The position numbers and the translations under genes were made by a program. Positions 56,649 to 64,000 of a stretch of 64,000 nt of DNA are shown here, piece by piece; position 1 is the stretch's first letter, and each line of letters opens with the position of its first letter. Below the pieces are notes generated by a model, which had not been told where the DNA came from, made no database searches, and was given only the letters and a program-made list of their open reading frames with translations. This DNA comes from Pirellulaceae bacterium (lineage in GTDB: Bacteria; Planctomycetota; Planctomycetia; Pirellulales; Pirellulaceae): NCBI GenBank assembly GCA_041399045.1, contig JAWKTO010000016.1, positions 10,595 to 74,594 on the forward strand, given 5' to 3'.

Positions 56649-57691
56649 TCAGCAAGACTGTCTACTGGGCGAAGATCGCCGTCATAAAGGAAGCTCTTCT
56701 GAATTTCCAAATAGGATTTGTGGTTGCCATTCCATCTCGAATCCACGACCCGAACAACTCCCCAAGCGACGACGTGATAACTCAAATTTCCACCGACGTC
56801 CGAGTTGTGAACGTCAAACAACGGAATCAGTTTGACATCACCATGGGATTCTATGATCGAACTTTTCATCCCCGAGGATATTCCGGTATCGCCATTGAGC
56901 CACATTTCATACTGGCTATCAATGTATTCCGACGTTTCGATGGTTCCGTTTTCGTAGAGTACATCCACATCGACCTGTCTCAGTCCATTCAGGATTTGGT
57001 CCGTGAGTTCGGAGGTGCCGTTGGAGTTGGCGCCGACATCGATAGTACCCCAGTTTCCAGGAACTTCGTGTCCTTGGTAGTCTTCGATCTTCCCGTCACC
57101 ATAGATCGACCAAACTTCACCAAGGGGATTGTCGTTCCAGACATCGACAGGAACGGCCACAGGTAAAATGTCGGACCCCTCGGGAAGGTACCTCGCCTTT
57201 TGAAGCACGGCGGTTGCTGTTGCCGCAAGTTCTTCACTGTCAATTCCCAGGACTTTGGCAAAAAACATACTGATTGGCGAGTTCGCCTGTTCGTCGTATC
57301 GAACGGTCACTTGCACGGTATCGTAGATGCCTGATGAGACGATGTGGAAATTGCTGTATGCAGTCGCCGGATCATACCGGCCGATAACGATGTCGCCATC
57401 CAAGACGATGAAGCCGTCATCCAGGTTTTGATTAACGTAGTCGCGAAGCGTCTGGCGAACAGCCGCGGCATCTTGATAACCGTACGAATCGGGAACGAGA
57501 TCTCTGACAGCTGCAAGAGCAGCGTTGTCCGCTGCACGCTGAAGATTGACTTTGGTTGCCACAAGATATCCATAGTCGACGACGAAAGCAATCAAGCCAA
57601 GTAGCGGGATGATCAACAATGCGAACAGGACAACCACTGCTCCGCGTCGGTTCCGACCAATTCCATTGCGAGTTCGGATACGCTGTCTCAT
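56597..57691 (-). CDS. TadG-like Flp-pilus assembly protein (Tad N-terminal domain)
   Basis: The N-terminus RRGAVVVLFALLIIPLLGLIAFVVDYGYLVATKVNLQRAADNAALAA is the TadE/G-like pseudopilin signature, followed by a large beta-rich C-terminal domain. Confidence 0.7.
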   Translation of the reverse strand: MRQRIRTRNGIGRNRRGAVVVLFALLIIPLLGLIAFVVDYGYLVATKVNLQRAADNAALAAVRDLVPDSYGYQDAAAVRQTLRDYVNQNLDDGFIVLDGDIVIGRYDPATAYSNFHIVSSGIYDTVQVTVRYDEQANSPISMFFAKVLGIDSEELAATATAVLQKARYLPEGSDILPVAVPVDVWNDNPLGEVWSIYGDGKIEDYQGHEVPGNWGTIDVGANSNGTSELTDQILNGLRQVDVDVLYENGTIETSEYIDSQYEMWLNGDTGISSGMKSSIIESHGDVKLIPLFDVHNSDVGGNLSYHVVAWGVVRVVDSRWNGNHKSYLEIQKSFLYDGDLRPVDSLADQIDVIENAFTSPVLVR

Positions 57692-57737
57692 GGTTGATAC
57701 TATGGTGAATATTTGAAATTCTCCTGCCTATATTTCG

Positions 57738-58205
57738 TTACTCGCGACGTCCAAAACAGATAACTTCGGCCTGCTGAAGATTGCAGACAGAGAAAACAGG
57801 GAGCCAACGAACGGCTTCGAATTGAAACGTCAATTGAACTGAGATTTTCTCACCGGACTCGATTTCCTGCCAAGTTTCATCAGATGCCGGCGCGCCAGAC
57901 GAGTCGAGTACTTCAATTACAGTGGCAGAATCGAGAGTTGCAGCGGAACAAGAGCTAAAGACGGAATGAAGGTAGTTTCTGGCAGCGGCTTGGATATCGG
58001 AAACGCTATCCGTTTCGTTTCGGCATGCGAATCGAGTCGCCTCGCGGGAAGCGTTTCGGACGACCTGAACCGTGTTCAGGTACTGGCCAATATCAATAGT
58101 TACAACAAGTAGGACAAGCAGGAAAGTTGAAAGCAAAACGGCCTCGACAACGGCCGCACCACGCCGGTAAACAGCAAATCGTCGATTGTGGCGACTGCGA
58201 GCCAT
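57738..58205 (-). CDS. TadE-like pseudopilin
   Basis: RRGAAVVEAVLLSTFLLVLLVVTIDIGQYLNTVQVVRNASREATR is the TadE-like N-terminal motif. Confidence 0.7.
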   Translation of the reverse strand: MARSRHNRRFAVYRRGAAVVEAVLLSTFLLVLLVVTIDIGQYLNTVQVVRNASREATRFACRNETDSVSDIQAAARNYLHSVFSSCSAATLDSATVIEVLDSSGAPASDETWQEIESGEKISVQLTFQFEAVRWLPVFSVCNLQQAEVICFGRRE

Positions 58206-58220
58206 GGACTTTCTCCTGCG

Positions 58221-58727
58221 TTATTCGCGCTGACTGATACAGCTGCTTCGGATTTTGGCCCCCGCAAAGAACGCTGCGGGTAACCACGAGATGTCATCGC
58301 AATCGACTTCAACATTCACCGAAATCGATTGCCCGCTGGGTATTCCTGAAGTGAATTCGGGCTCGATAGAAACTCGAACGATATCAGGATCAATCGAATG
58401 AACGATAATCGCGTTCAATCGTTCACGTAACAGGGAATCTGCGTCATCGCTATTCAATGTGAGCGCGAGTGTGGCCTGGCGACAACTTTCACGGGCAACA
58501 TTGTCCAATGCCTGTTTGACCATGAGCATGCGCGAAAATTCAAATGCCGACAAAATCAACAATACAATGAAGGGTGAAACCATTGCCATTTCGACGGCTG
58601 CCGCGCCTGATCGATTCGGGGTCGATTTCCGTCGGCGCCGGAATGCGCTTATCGGTTTTCGTTCTGGAGGCTGCATCCCTTCAGATGACATGCCTTGTCG
58701 ACGAGTTGCACGGTTACCCATGCGCAT
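58221..58727 (-). CDS. TadE-like pseudopilin
   Basis: NRSGAAAVEMAMVSPFIVLLILSAFEFSRMLMVKQALDNVARESCR is the TadE-like N-terminal motif. Confidence 0.7.
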   Translation of the reverse strand: MRMGNRATRRQGMSSEGMQPPERKPISAFRRRRKSTPNRSGAAAVEMAMVSPFIVLLILSAFEFSRMLMVKQALDNVARESCRQATLALTLNSDDADSLLRERLNAIIVHSIDPDIVRVSIEPEFTSGIPSGQSISVNVEVDCDDISWLPAAFFAGAKIRSSCISQRE

Positions 58728-58781
58728 AGAATCTCCGCATTGATGAGTGTTGGATGAGAAAACTGGTGTAGGCTGCGGACT

Positions 58782-59243
58782 TCAGAAGTGCGCCGGGACG
58801 CGTTCTTCTGTCGTCCGCTCACATGCGTACCCGCCGTCAGGGAACGAGTGATTTGACTCTTGTTTTTGAAGTGTTGAGTTCAAATTTGCCGCGATGTCTC
58901 CGTAATAGTCACCTTGGCGAAAATTCAGTGGTCCAGGCGAGTCGCCAGCAGCAGAGCAAGCGAGATATTTGCGAAGGCGGTGGATAGGACCTGCGAATCG
59001 ATTGCTGAAAATCAACAAATCCAGCAGGGCAACGGGCAGTACGAGGCCGCTGACAATAAGGGCAGGTACAAGTAAACTCCAAGGCGACATGGATTCCGTA
59101 TGGTTTCCACTCAAAAAGTAGATTCCCATGACAACGGAAACAATCGTTGCCTGGCATGCAATCCAATAAAATGAAACTCGAAAAGCCAGGCCAAGTTGAA
59201 CCTGAAAATCTGCACAGACCCGCAACCGTTTGTGGCTTTTCAA
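58782..59243 (-). CDS. hypothetical two-TM membrane protein upstream of the Tad pseudopilins
   Basis: 153-aa ORF with a non-ATG start. It has two hydrophobic helices followed by the HAMP-like stretch FSNRFAGPIHRLRKYL. I recognise no family. Confidence 0.35.
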   Translation of the reverse strand: MKSHKRLRVCADFQVQLGLAFRVSFYWIACQATIVSVVMGIYFLSGNHTESMSPWSLLVPALIVSGLVLPVALLDLLIFSNRFAGPIHRLRKYLACSAAGDSPGPLNFRQGDYYGDIAANLNSTLQKQESNHSFPDGGYACERTTEERVPAHF

Positions 59244-59473
59244 ATCGCGTCTCCCAGTTAATAGAATGGATTAAGACCCATCTGAAACATAGGTCAGACT
59301 TTCAGGAAGGCTAACGAAATAGTATTGATTTTCTGTGATTTATTGACGGCAAGATTTTGAAGTTTTTTTGGCGGGCAAATTCGAAACCCTACAGAATGGC
59401 TTGATTGAATCGAGTTGGGTTCGTCATCGGCCAGCAACGATGAACCCAATCGATGTTCCCACGAATCGCAGGC

Positions 59474-60721
59474 TTAAGCCATTGACTTGTTGGATTCCAG
59501 TTTTTCAATCCAGGGATCCATGTCGTCAAAAATTTTTCCAGGATTGCCCTCAAAAACCTTGCCAACCAGCAGATCCGTCAAGTTTTCGCGATGGTTTGGA
59601 AATTCTCTGACGAAGTCACCGAAGCTAAAGGGTTTGGTGTAGAAAGCACGGACTAGTTTCAGAATCCACTTCATGCCTTCTCGGTATTGCGGAACCCAAG
59701 TTCCGAGTTTCTTTGCCGACAGATCATTGGTCGCCAATCCGTTGCAGATTGCCTCTGCCGCCATGACTCCGGATTTGAGAGCGAGAAATACTCCAGAACT
59801 ATAAATCGGATCAATGAAGCCACCGGCATCGCCGACGAGAACCCATCCGTCTCCCACTTGCTGAGAGGTTTGATACGAGAATTCTTTGGCAACGTGAAAA
59901 CGTGATGTACTCGAAGCGTCGATCAAACGACGTGCGATTCCTGGGCAGTTTTTGACTTCCTCCCAGAAGGTTTGTTCTGGACTGCCACCACGCTTCAGCA
60001 CAAACTCATTGTCGCCGACAAGGCCAACGCTTACGGTTCCGTCGGACAGTGGGATGTACCAGAACCAAGCGTCTTTCGAATTCGTGTGCAGGATACATGT
60101 GACTTCCGGATTGGCTCCGCCATTGCGTTTGCCACCTTCGAAATAGTTCCAGATCGCGGACTTTTTCAAATCAGAGTACGTTTCACGTAACCCCAATCGA
60201 TTGGCGAGTAACGTTTGCTGACCGGAGGCGTCGACAATTACCTTCGCAACGATATCGAATTCCTTACCCTCAGCAGTCTTGACGGTCACCTTGTGCGGTG
60301 ACGATTTGCGAATGTCGATATCCAGCACACGAGTCTCGTCGGCGACAGTTGCACCTCGGTTGTAAGCCGTGTCATACAACATCTGATCAAATTCGGCACG
60401 CTGAACATGCCAAGTCTCAGCGCATTCTCTTTCGTCGTATTCTGAGAAAATGAAGGGGCGAGTTTCTTTGTCGTCGCTGGTGACGAACTGAACGCCGTTC
60501 TTTTTGGTGAACCCGATGCGATCAAGTTCATGGAGCACTCCCAACCTCTCAAACGCCCAATAGGTTTCGGGCATCAGAGATTCACCAACATGGAACCGAG
60601 GCATTTTGTCTCGCTCCAGCAGAAGAGTGGAGTACCCCTGCTCTGCGACCAAAGCCGCAGTCGATGACCCCGCAGGCCCAGCTCCAATCACAAGGCAGTC
60701 ATAGTTTCGCATGGCAATCAT
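59474..60721 (-). CDS. FAD-dependent oxidoreductase carrying both flavin-dependent halogenase signature motifs
   Basis: The sequence has DCLVIGAGPAGSSTAALVA (GxGxxG), HVGESLMP, DAWFWYIPLSDG (WxWxIP) and GGFIDPIYSSGV (Fx.Px.Sx.G). Confidence 0.7.
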   Translation of the reverse strand: MIAMRNYDCLVIGAGPAGSSTAALVAEQGYSTLLLERDKMPRFHVGESLMPETYWAFERLGVLHELDRIGFTKKNGVQFVTSDDKETRPFIFSEYDERECAETWHVQRAEFDQMLYDTAYNRGATVADETRVLDIDIRKSSPHKVTVKTAEGKEFDIVAKVIVDASGQQTLLANRLGLRETYSDLKKSAIWNYFEGGKRNGGANPEVTCILHTNSKDAWFWYIPLSDGTVSVGLVGDNEFVLKRGGSPEQTFWEEVKNCPGIARRLIDASSTSRFHVAKEFSYQTSQQVGDGWVLVGDAGGFIDPIYSSGVFLALKSGVMAAEAICNGLATNDLSAKKLGTWVPQYREGMKWILKLVRAFYTKPFSFGDFVREFPNHRENLTDLLVGKVFEGNPGKIFDDMDPWIEKLESNKSMA

Positions 60722-61077
60722 TGCGATGCTCCTGTTCAGTTGTTTGAATGATGTGCTCTGGAAAAGATCGATGCGAAACGCCCGCAGCCGTCAGTCATTT
60801 TGAGTCGATATTCGTCAGTCCTTATTTTATACGGCTTATGATCAACCAAAAGTGAGTTTCCGATAGTGCTCTTCCGCAATTTATCGACTGAATTCACCGC
60901 AACTGAGAGTAGCATCTTCTAAGCCCACCGCTTCACGCAGAAAAAACAATCGTTTTAATCGAAAGTATGTGACATGGTGCCTCTGGTGCAAAAACGTTCA
61001 CCCGTACAAAATGCCTGAAATGTCGCGTCCATCCGGCGTTTACTTCCACGAGTTTTGGAATTCTTTGGAGACGAATT

Positions 61078-64000
61078 GTGAAAAAAACAGTGCAATTGCT
61101 ATCTCGCATAGGTGTTCGAATACTTTCCGAGGTTCGAAATCCACTAGCCTTGTGCGCCTTTGCCCTGTTGATTCCCGCTTCGGCTGACGCTTGGCAAGCA
61201 AATGATAGCGACATTGAGTCGCACTTTCTGTCGGATGTTTACCAACTTACTTTCGCCGGCAAACGATCAGGCGAGGGGTACTTTGGGGAAGATGGAACCA
61301 AGATCATCTACCAAAGCGAGCAGGACGCCTCCAACCCTTTCTACCAAATTTACCTTTTTGATTTGGAACTAGGCGAAAGTACTCGGGTATCACCCGGACA
61401 CGGAAAAACAACTTGTGCCTGGTTGTATCCGGACGGATCAAAGGCCCTATACGCCTCAACCCAAAATGATCCCGATGCCCTCGCAAAACAACGCAAGGAG
61501 CTGGAATTTCGCGAGTCAGGACAAGAACGACGCTACAGTTGGGACTACGACGAAACCTATGACATCATCGAATACGATTTCAAAACAAAAGAATACAAGT
61601 CGCTGACAACCGAGCGAGGATATGACGCGGAAGGAAGTTATTCGCCAGACGGTAGCCTGATCGCCTTTGCCTCAAACCGTCGCGGCTACTCTGAAAAACT
61701 GACGGACGAACAACAAAAGGCATTCGAAATTGATCCTGCCTACATGATGGACATCTACATCATGAACGCAGACGGTTCGAATGTTCGCCAGTTGACCGAT
61801 GTTCCTGGTTACGACGGCGGGCCTTTTTTCTCGCACGACGGCAAGAAAATTTGCTGGCGACGATTTGCAGAAAATGGTGCGACAGCGGAAATCTTTACGA
61901 TGAATATTGATGGTTCGGACCAGAAGCAACTTACCCATATGAACGCCATGTCTTGGGCGCCCTATTTTCACCCGAGCGGCAAGTACCTGATTTTCAATAC
62001 GAACAAATTGGGATTTGACAATTTTGAACTTTACATTGTCGATGCCGATGGCGAACAAGCACCCGTTCGCGTTTCCTCCACTCACGGATTCGATGGATTG
62101 GCGACTTGGGATCGAGCTGGCAAACGACTGACTTGGACATCGAATCGAACCACCGACAAAAGCTCACAGATTTTCGTTGGCGACTGGAATCATGAGGCTG
62201 CAATGGCGGCTTTGGGGTTGAGTGACGACGAATCGGATGAAGTCGATGTGTCAGACGCACAATCAGCGGCCAACCAATCGGCTCAAACAACGACAGTTGA
62301 CTACACTCCTGTCGATTTCCGACGGCATGTTGAATATTTGTGCGACAGCGGCCTCGAAGGGCGTATGACGGGATCTGCTGGCGAACGCAAGGCAACGGCT
62401 TATGTTGCAACGTATATGGACTTCCTCGGACTCAAGCCAGCCGGTGACCAGGGCGGATGGTTTCAGTCGTTTGAGTTTCCAGCGGGCGCGGAATTGGGTC
62501 AATACAATCACCTTCAGTTCGGCGAAACGATTTACAAACAGAATGAAGATTGGCGACCGCTTACTTTTTCCAAAAGCGGCAGCATGCGTCCGACACAAGT
62601 TGTGTTTGCTGGCTATGGAATGGTTGCCCCTGAGGAAGGTGACGTGGCGGCATACGATTCGTATGGCGACATCGATGTCAAAGACAAATGGGTGGTGATG
62701 TTTCGTTACTTCCCAGAAGACGCCGGCGATGAAGCCCGCCAACACTTTCAATATCATTCGAGCCTTCGCAAAAAGGCCATGGATGCTCGCGACAAAGGTG
62801 CGGCGGGGATCATCATTGTCAGCGGCCCGAATTCGGCGGCCAAGGAGCAGTTGGTTCCCATGGAACGGGACTTCTCAATTAGCGGCACAAGTGTTTTTGC
62901 GATCAGCGTGACTGACGATGTTGCCTCGAAGTGGTTTGAGGCGGCAGGGAAGGATTTGAAGACTGTTCAAACGGAACTGGACGCTGGTAAGGATACTCAG
63001 GCATTTGATTTGGAAAACGTTTCGTTGATTTCGCACATCGAAGTCGAACAGAAAAAAGGAATTGGACGAAACGTCATTGGCCGTTTGCAGTTTGGCGCAG
63101 AACCTTCCGAGCAAGTGATTGTTGTGGGAGCACACGTCGATCACTTGGGCAATGGTCGAAGTAGCAACTCCCTAGCACGCGGTGACGAGGAGACGTTGAT
63201 TCACTTTGGGGCTGACGATAACGCTTCGGGTGTTGCCGCCATGTTGGAAATTGCCGAGCAAATGGCCCAGATGAAAAAGGACGGCAAGATTGATGCAAAA
63301 CGAGATGTCATTTTCGCTGCGTGGAGCGGGGAAGAGTTGGGACTACAAGGTTCACAGTTTTTCGTCGAGAGTTTTGAGAAAACAAAAGGCGACGAGAAAC
63401 CAAACCTGTATCCCGAAATTGCAGCGGCACTGAATATGGATATGGTTGGGCGTTACGACGGCAAATTGATTTTGCAGGGGATCGGGTCATCTCCAGAATA
63501 CTGGAAAAAGGCGGCGGGCAAAAACTCAGTGACGCGTTTGAATTTATCGCTGAGCGACGACACGACGCTTCCCACTGATGCCAGTTCGTTCTACAAGGCC
63601 GGTGTGCCAATCCTTTCGGCATTCACGGGCTCACACAAGGACTACCACACGCCGCGTGACACTCCAGAAAAACTGAAATACGAGGAAGCGTCTCGGATCG
63701 CCAAACTGATGGGGCTGATTTGTATGTCGCTGGTACGGGATGACGATCCCCCGGCATACCAGAAACATGAGTCGGCGTCGGCCCGTACGTCTTCGCCCGG
63801 CAGAGCAATGCGAGCTTATGTTGGCTCGATCCCCGATTACGGTGGGGAGGTGAAGGGCGTATTGATGTCTGGAGCAACCGAGGGAAGCCCCGCTGCCGAG
63901 GCCGGGATTCAGGCAGGGGATATCGTTGTGGAGCTTGCCGGTCGCAAAATTGAAAACATCAATGAATACGCGATCGTTATCGGCTCGCTCAAGCCAGGCG
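61078..64000 (+). CDS. multidomain secreted peptidase: PD40/TolB-like beta-propeller + PA domain + M28 peptidase + PDZ; C-terminus beyond window end
   Basis: An open frame runs from GTG 61078 to the window end; it is not in the ORF track because it has no stop. Signal peptide LALCAFALLIPASADA. PD40 units are YSPDGSLIAFASNR, MNADGSNVRQLT, FSHDGKKICW and MNIDGSDQKQLT. The PA-like stretch is KDKWVVMFRY...ARDKGAAGIIIV. The M28 motifs are VVGAHVDHLG, GADDNASGVAAMLE, FAAWSGEELGLQGS and NMDMVGR. The PDZ-like end is GSPAAEAGIQAGDIVVELAG. Confidence 0.8.
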   Translation, partial: MKKTVQLLSRIGVRILSEVRNPLALCAFALLIPASADAWQANDSDIESHFLSDVYQLTFAGKRSGEGYFGEDGTKIIYQSEQDASNPFYQIYLFDLELGESTRVSPGHGKTTCAWLYPDGSKALYASTQNDPDALAKQRKELEFRESGQERRYSWDYDETYDIIEYDFKTKEYKSLTTERGYDAEGSYSPDGSLIAFASNRRGYSEKLTDEQQKAFEIDPAYMMDIYIMNADGSNVRQLTDVPGYDGGPFFSHDGKKICWRRFAENGATAEIFTMNIDGSDQKQLTHMNAMSWAPYFHPSGKYLIFNTNKLGFDNFELYIVDADGEQAPVRVSSTHGFDGLATWDRAGKRLTWTSNRTTDKSSQIFVGDWNHEAAMAALGLSDDESDEVDVSDAQSAANQSAQTTTVDYTPVDFRRHVEYLCDSGLEGRMTGSAGERKATAYVATYMDFLGLKPAGDQGGWFQSFEFPAGAELGQYNHLQFGETIYKQNEDWRPLTFSKSGSMRPTQVVFAGYGMVAPEEGDVAAYDSYGDIDVKDKWVVMFRYFPEDAGDEARQHFQYHSSLRKKAMDARDKGAAGIIIVSGPNSAAKEQLVPMERDFSISGTSVFAISVTDDVASKWFEAAGKDLKTVQTELDAGKDTQAFDLENVSLISHIEVEQKKGIGRNVIGRLQFGAEPSEQVIVVGAHVDHLGNGRSSNSLARGDEETLIHFGADDNASGVAAMLEIAEQMAQMKKDGKIDAKRDVIFAAWSGEELGLQGSQFFVESFEKTKGDEKPNLYPEIAAALNMDMVGRYDGKLILQGIGSSPEYWKKAAGKNSVTRLNLSLSDDTTLPTDASSFYKAGVPILSAFTGSHKDYHTPRDTPEKLKYEEASRIAKLMGLICMSLVRDDDPPAYQKHESASARTSSPGRAMRAYVGSIPDYGGEVKGVLMSGATEGSPAAEAGIQAGDIVVELAGRKIENINEYAIVIGSLKPG

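Noticed and set aside
61120-61150. tRNA-like T-loop strings (GGTGTTCGAATAC, GAGGTTCGAAATCC)
   Set aside because: The flanking bases do not form a T-stem, acceptor stem or anticodon arm, and the region is the signal-peptide part of a long CDS. No tRNA is called anywhere in the window.

Overview
This is a chromosomal segment with the hallmarks of a Planctomycetota (Planctomycetia-like) genome. It carries two DUF1559 'H-X9-DG' pseudopilin-like genes, seven PEP-CTERM proteins, two membrane Ser/Thr kinases each next to an ECF-type sigma factor, Tad-type pseudopilins and many signal-peptide or lipoprotein ORFs. I call about 50 protein-coding genes plus several repeat elements. By eye I found no rRNA, tRNA, CRISPR array, transposase or prophage genes.

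Blocks from left to right:
- MacAB-like efflux pair (1-1547).
- Secreted TPR gene, two tandem transglutaminase-fold paralogues and a small secreted protein (2622-8717).
- CzcBA-type heavy-metal RND operon flanked by His-rich proteins (9117-15645), then an LMW phosphotyrosine phosphatase.
- Six clustered PEP-CTERM genes (17246-23064).
- ECF sigma plus a 1588-aa kinase-WD40-LamG protein (23423-29023).
- Kinase-TPR plus ECF sigma (30657-34113), then a GltB-like FMN enzyme.
- Two DUF1559 modules running into a co-directional DUF58 / transglutaminase-like / MoxR / His-rich lipoprotein / permease array (35746-47120).
- Housekeeping-like enzymes: amidohydrolase, two M28 peptidases, TMEM43-like, MiaE, YdcF-like, methyltransferase and a PQQ-type propeller.
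- A Tad pseudopilin trio and a flavin-halogenase-like gene (56597-60721).

Most notable observations:
1. About 30 inferred reading-frame breaks are confined to a few short zones, while ORFs of 2-4.8 kb nearby are intact. These are clustered assembly errors or unusual gene decay.
2. Three transglutaminase-fold proteins are present, and two of them lack the nucleophile Cys.
3. A roughly 9.6-kb same-strand array links Cys/His-rich and His-rich envelope proteins, DUF1559, PEP-CTERM, MoxR/DUF58 and a permease. This is a candidate metal-handling envelope module.
4. Two families of short intergenic repeats are present, including a REP-like palindrome.

All functional calls rest on motifs read directly from the translations. 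No database search was run.
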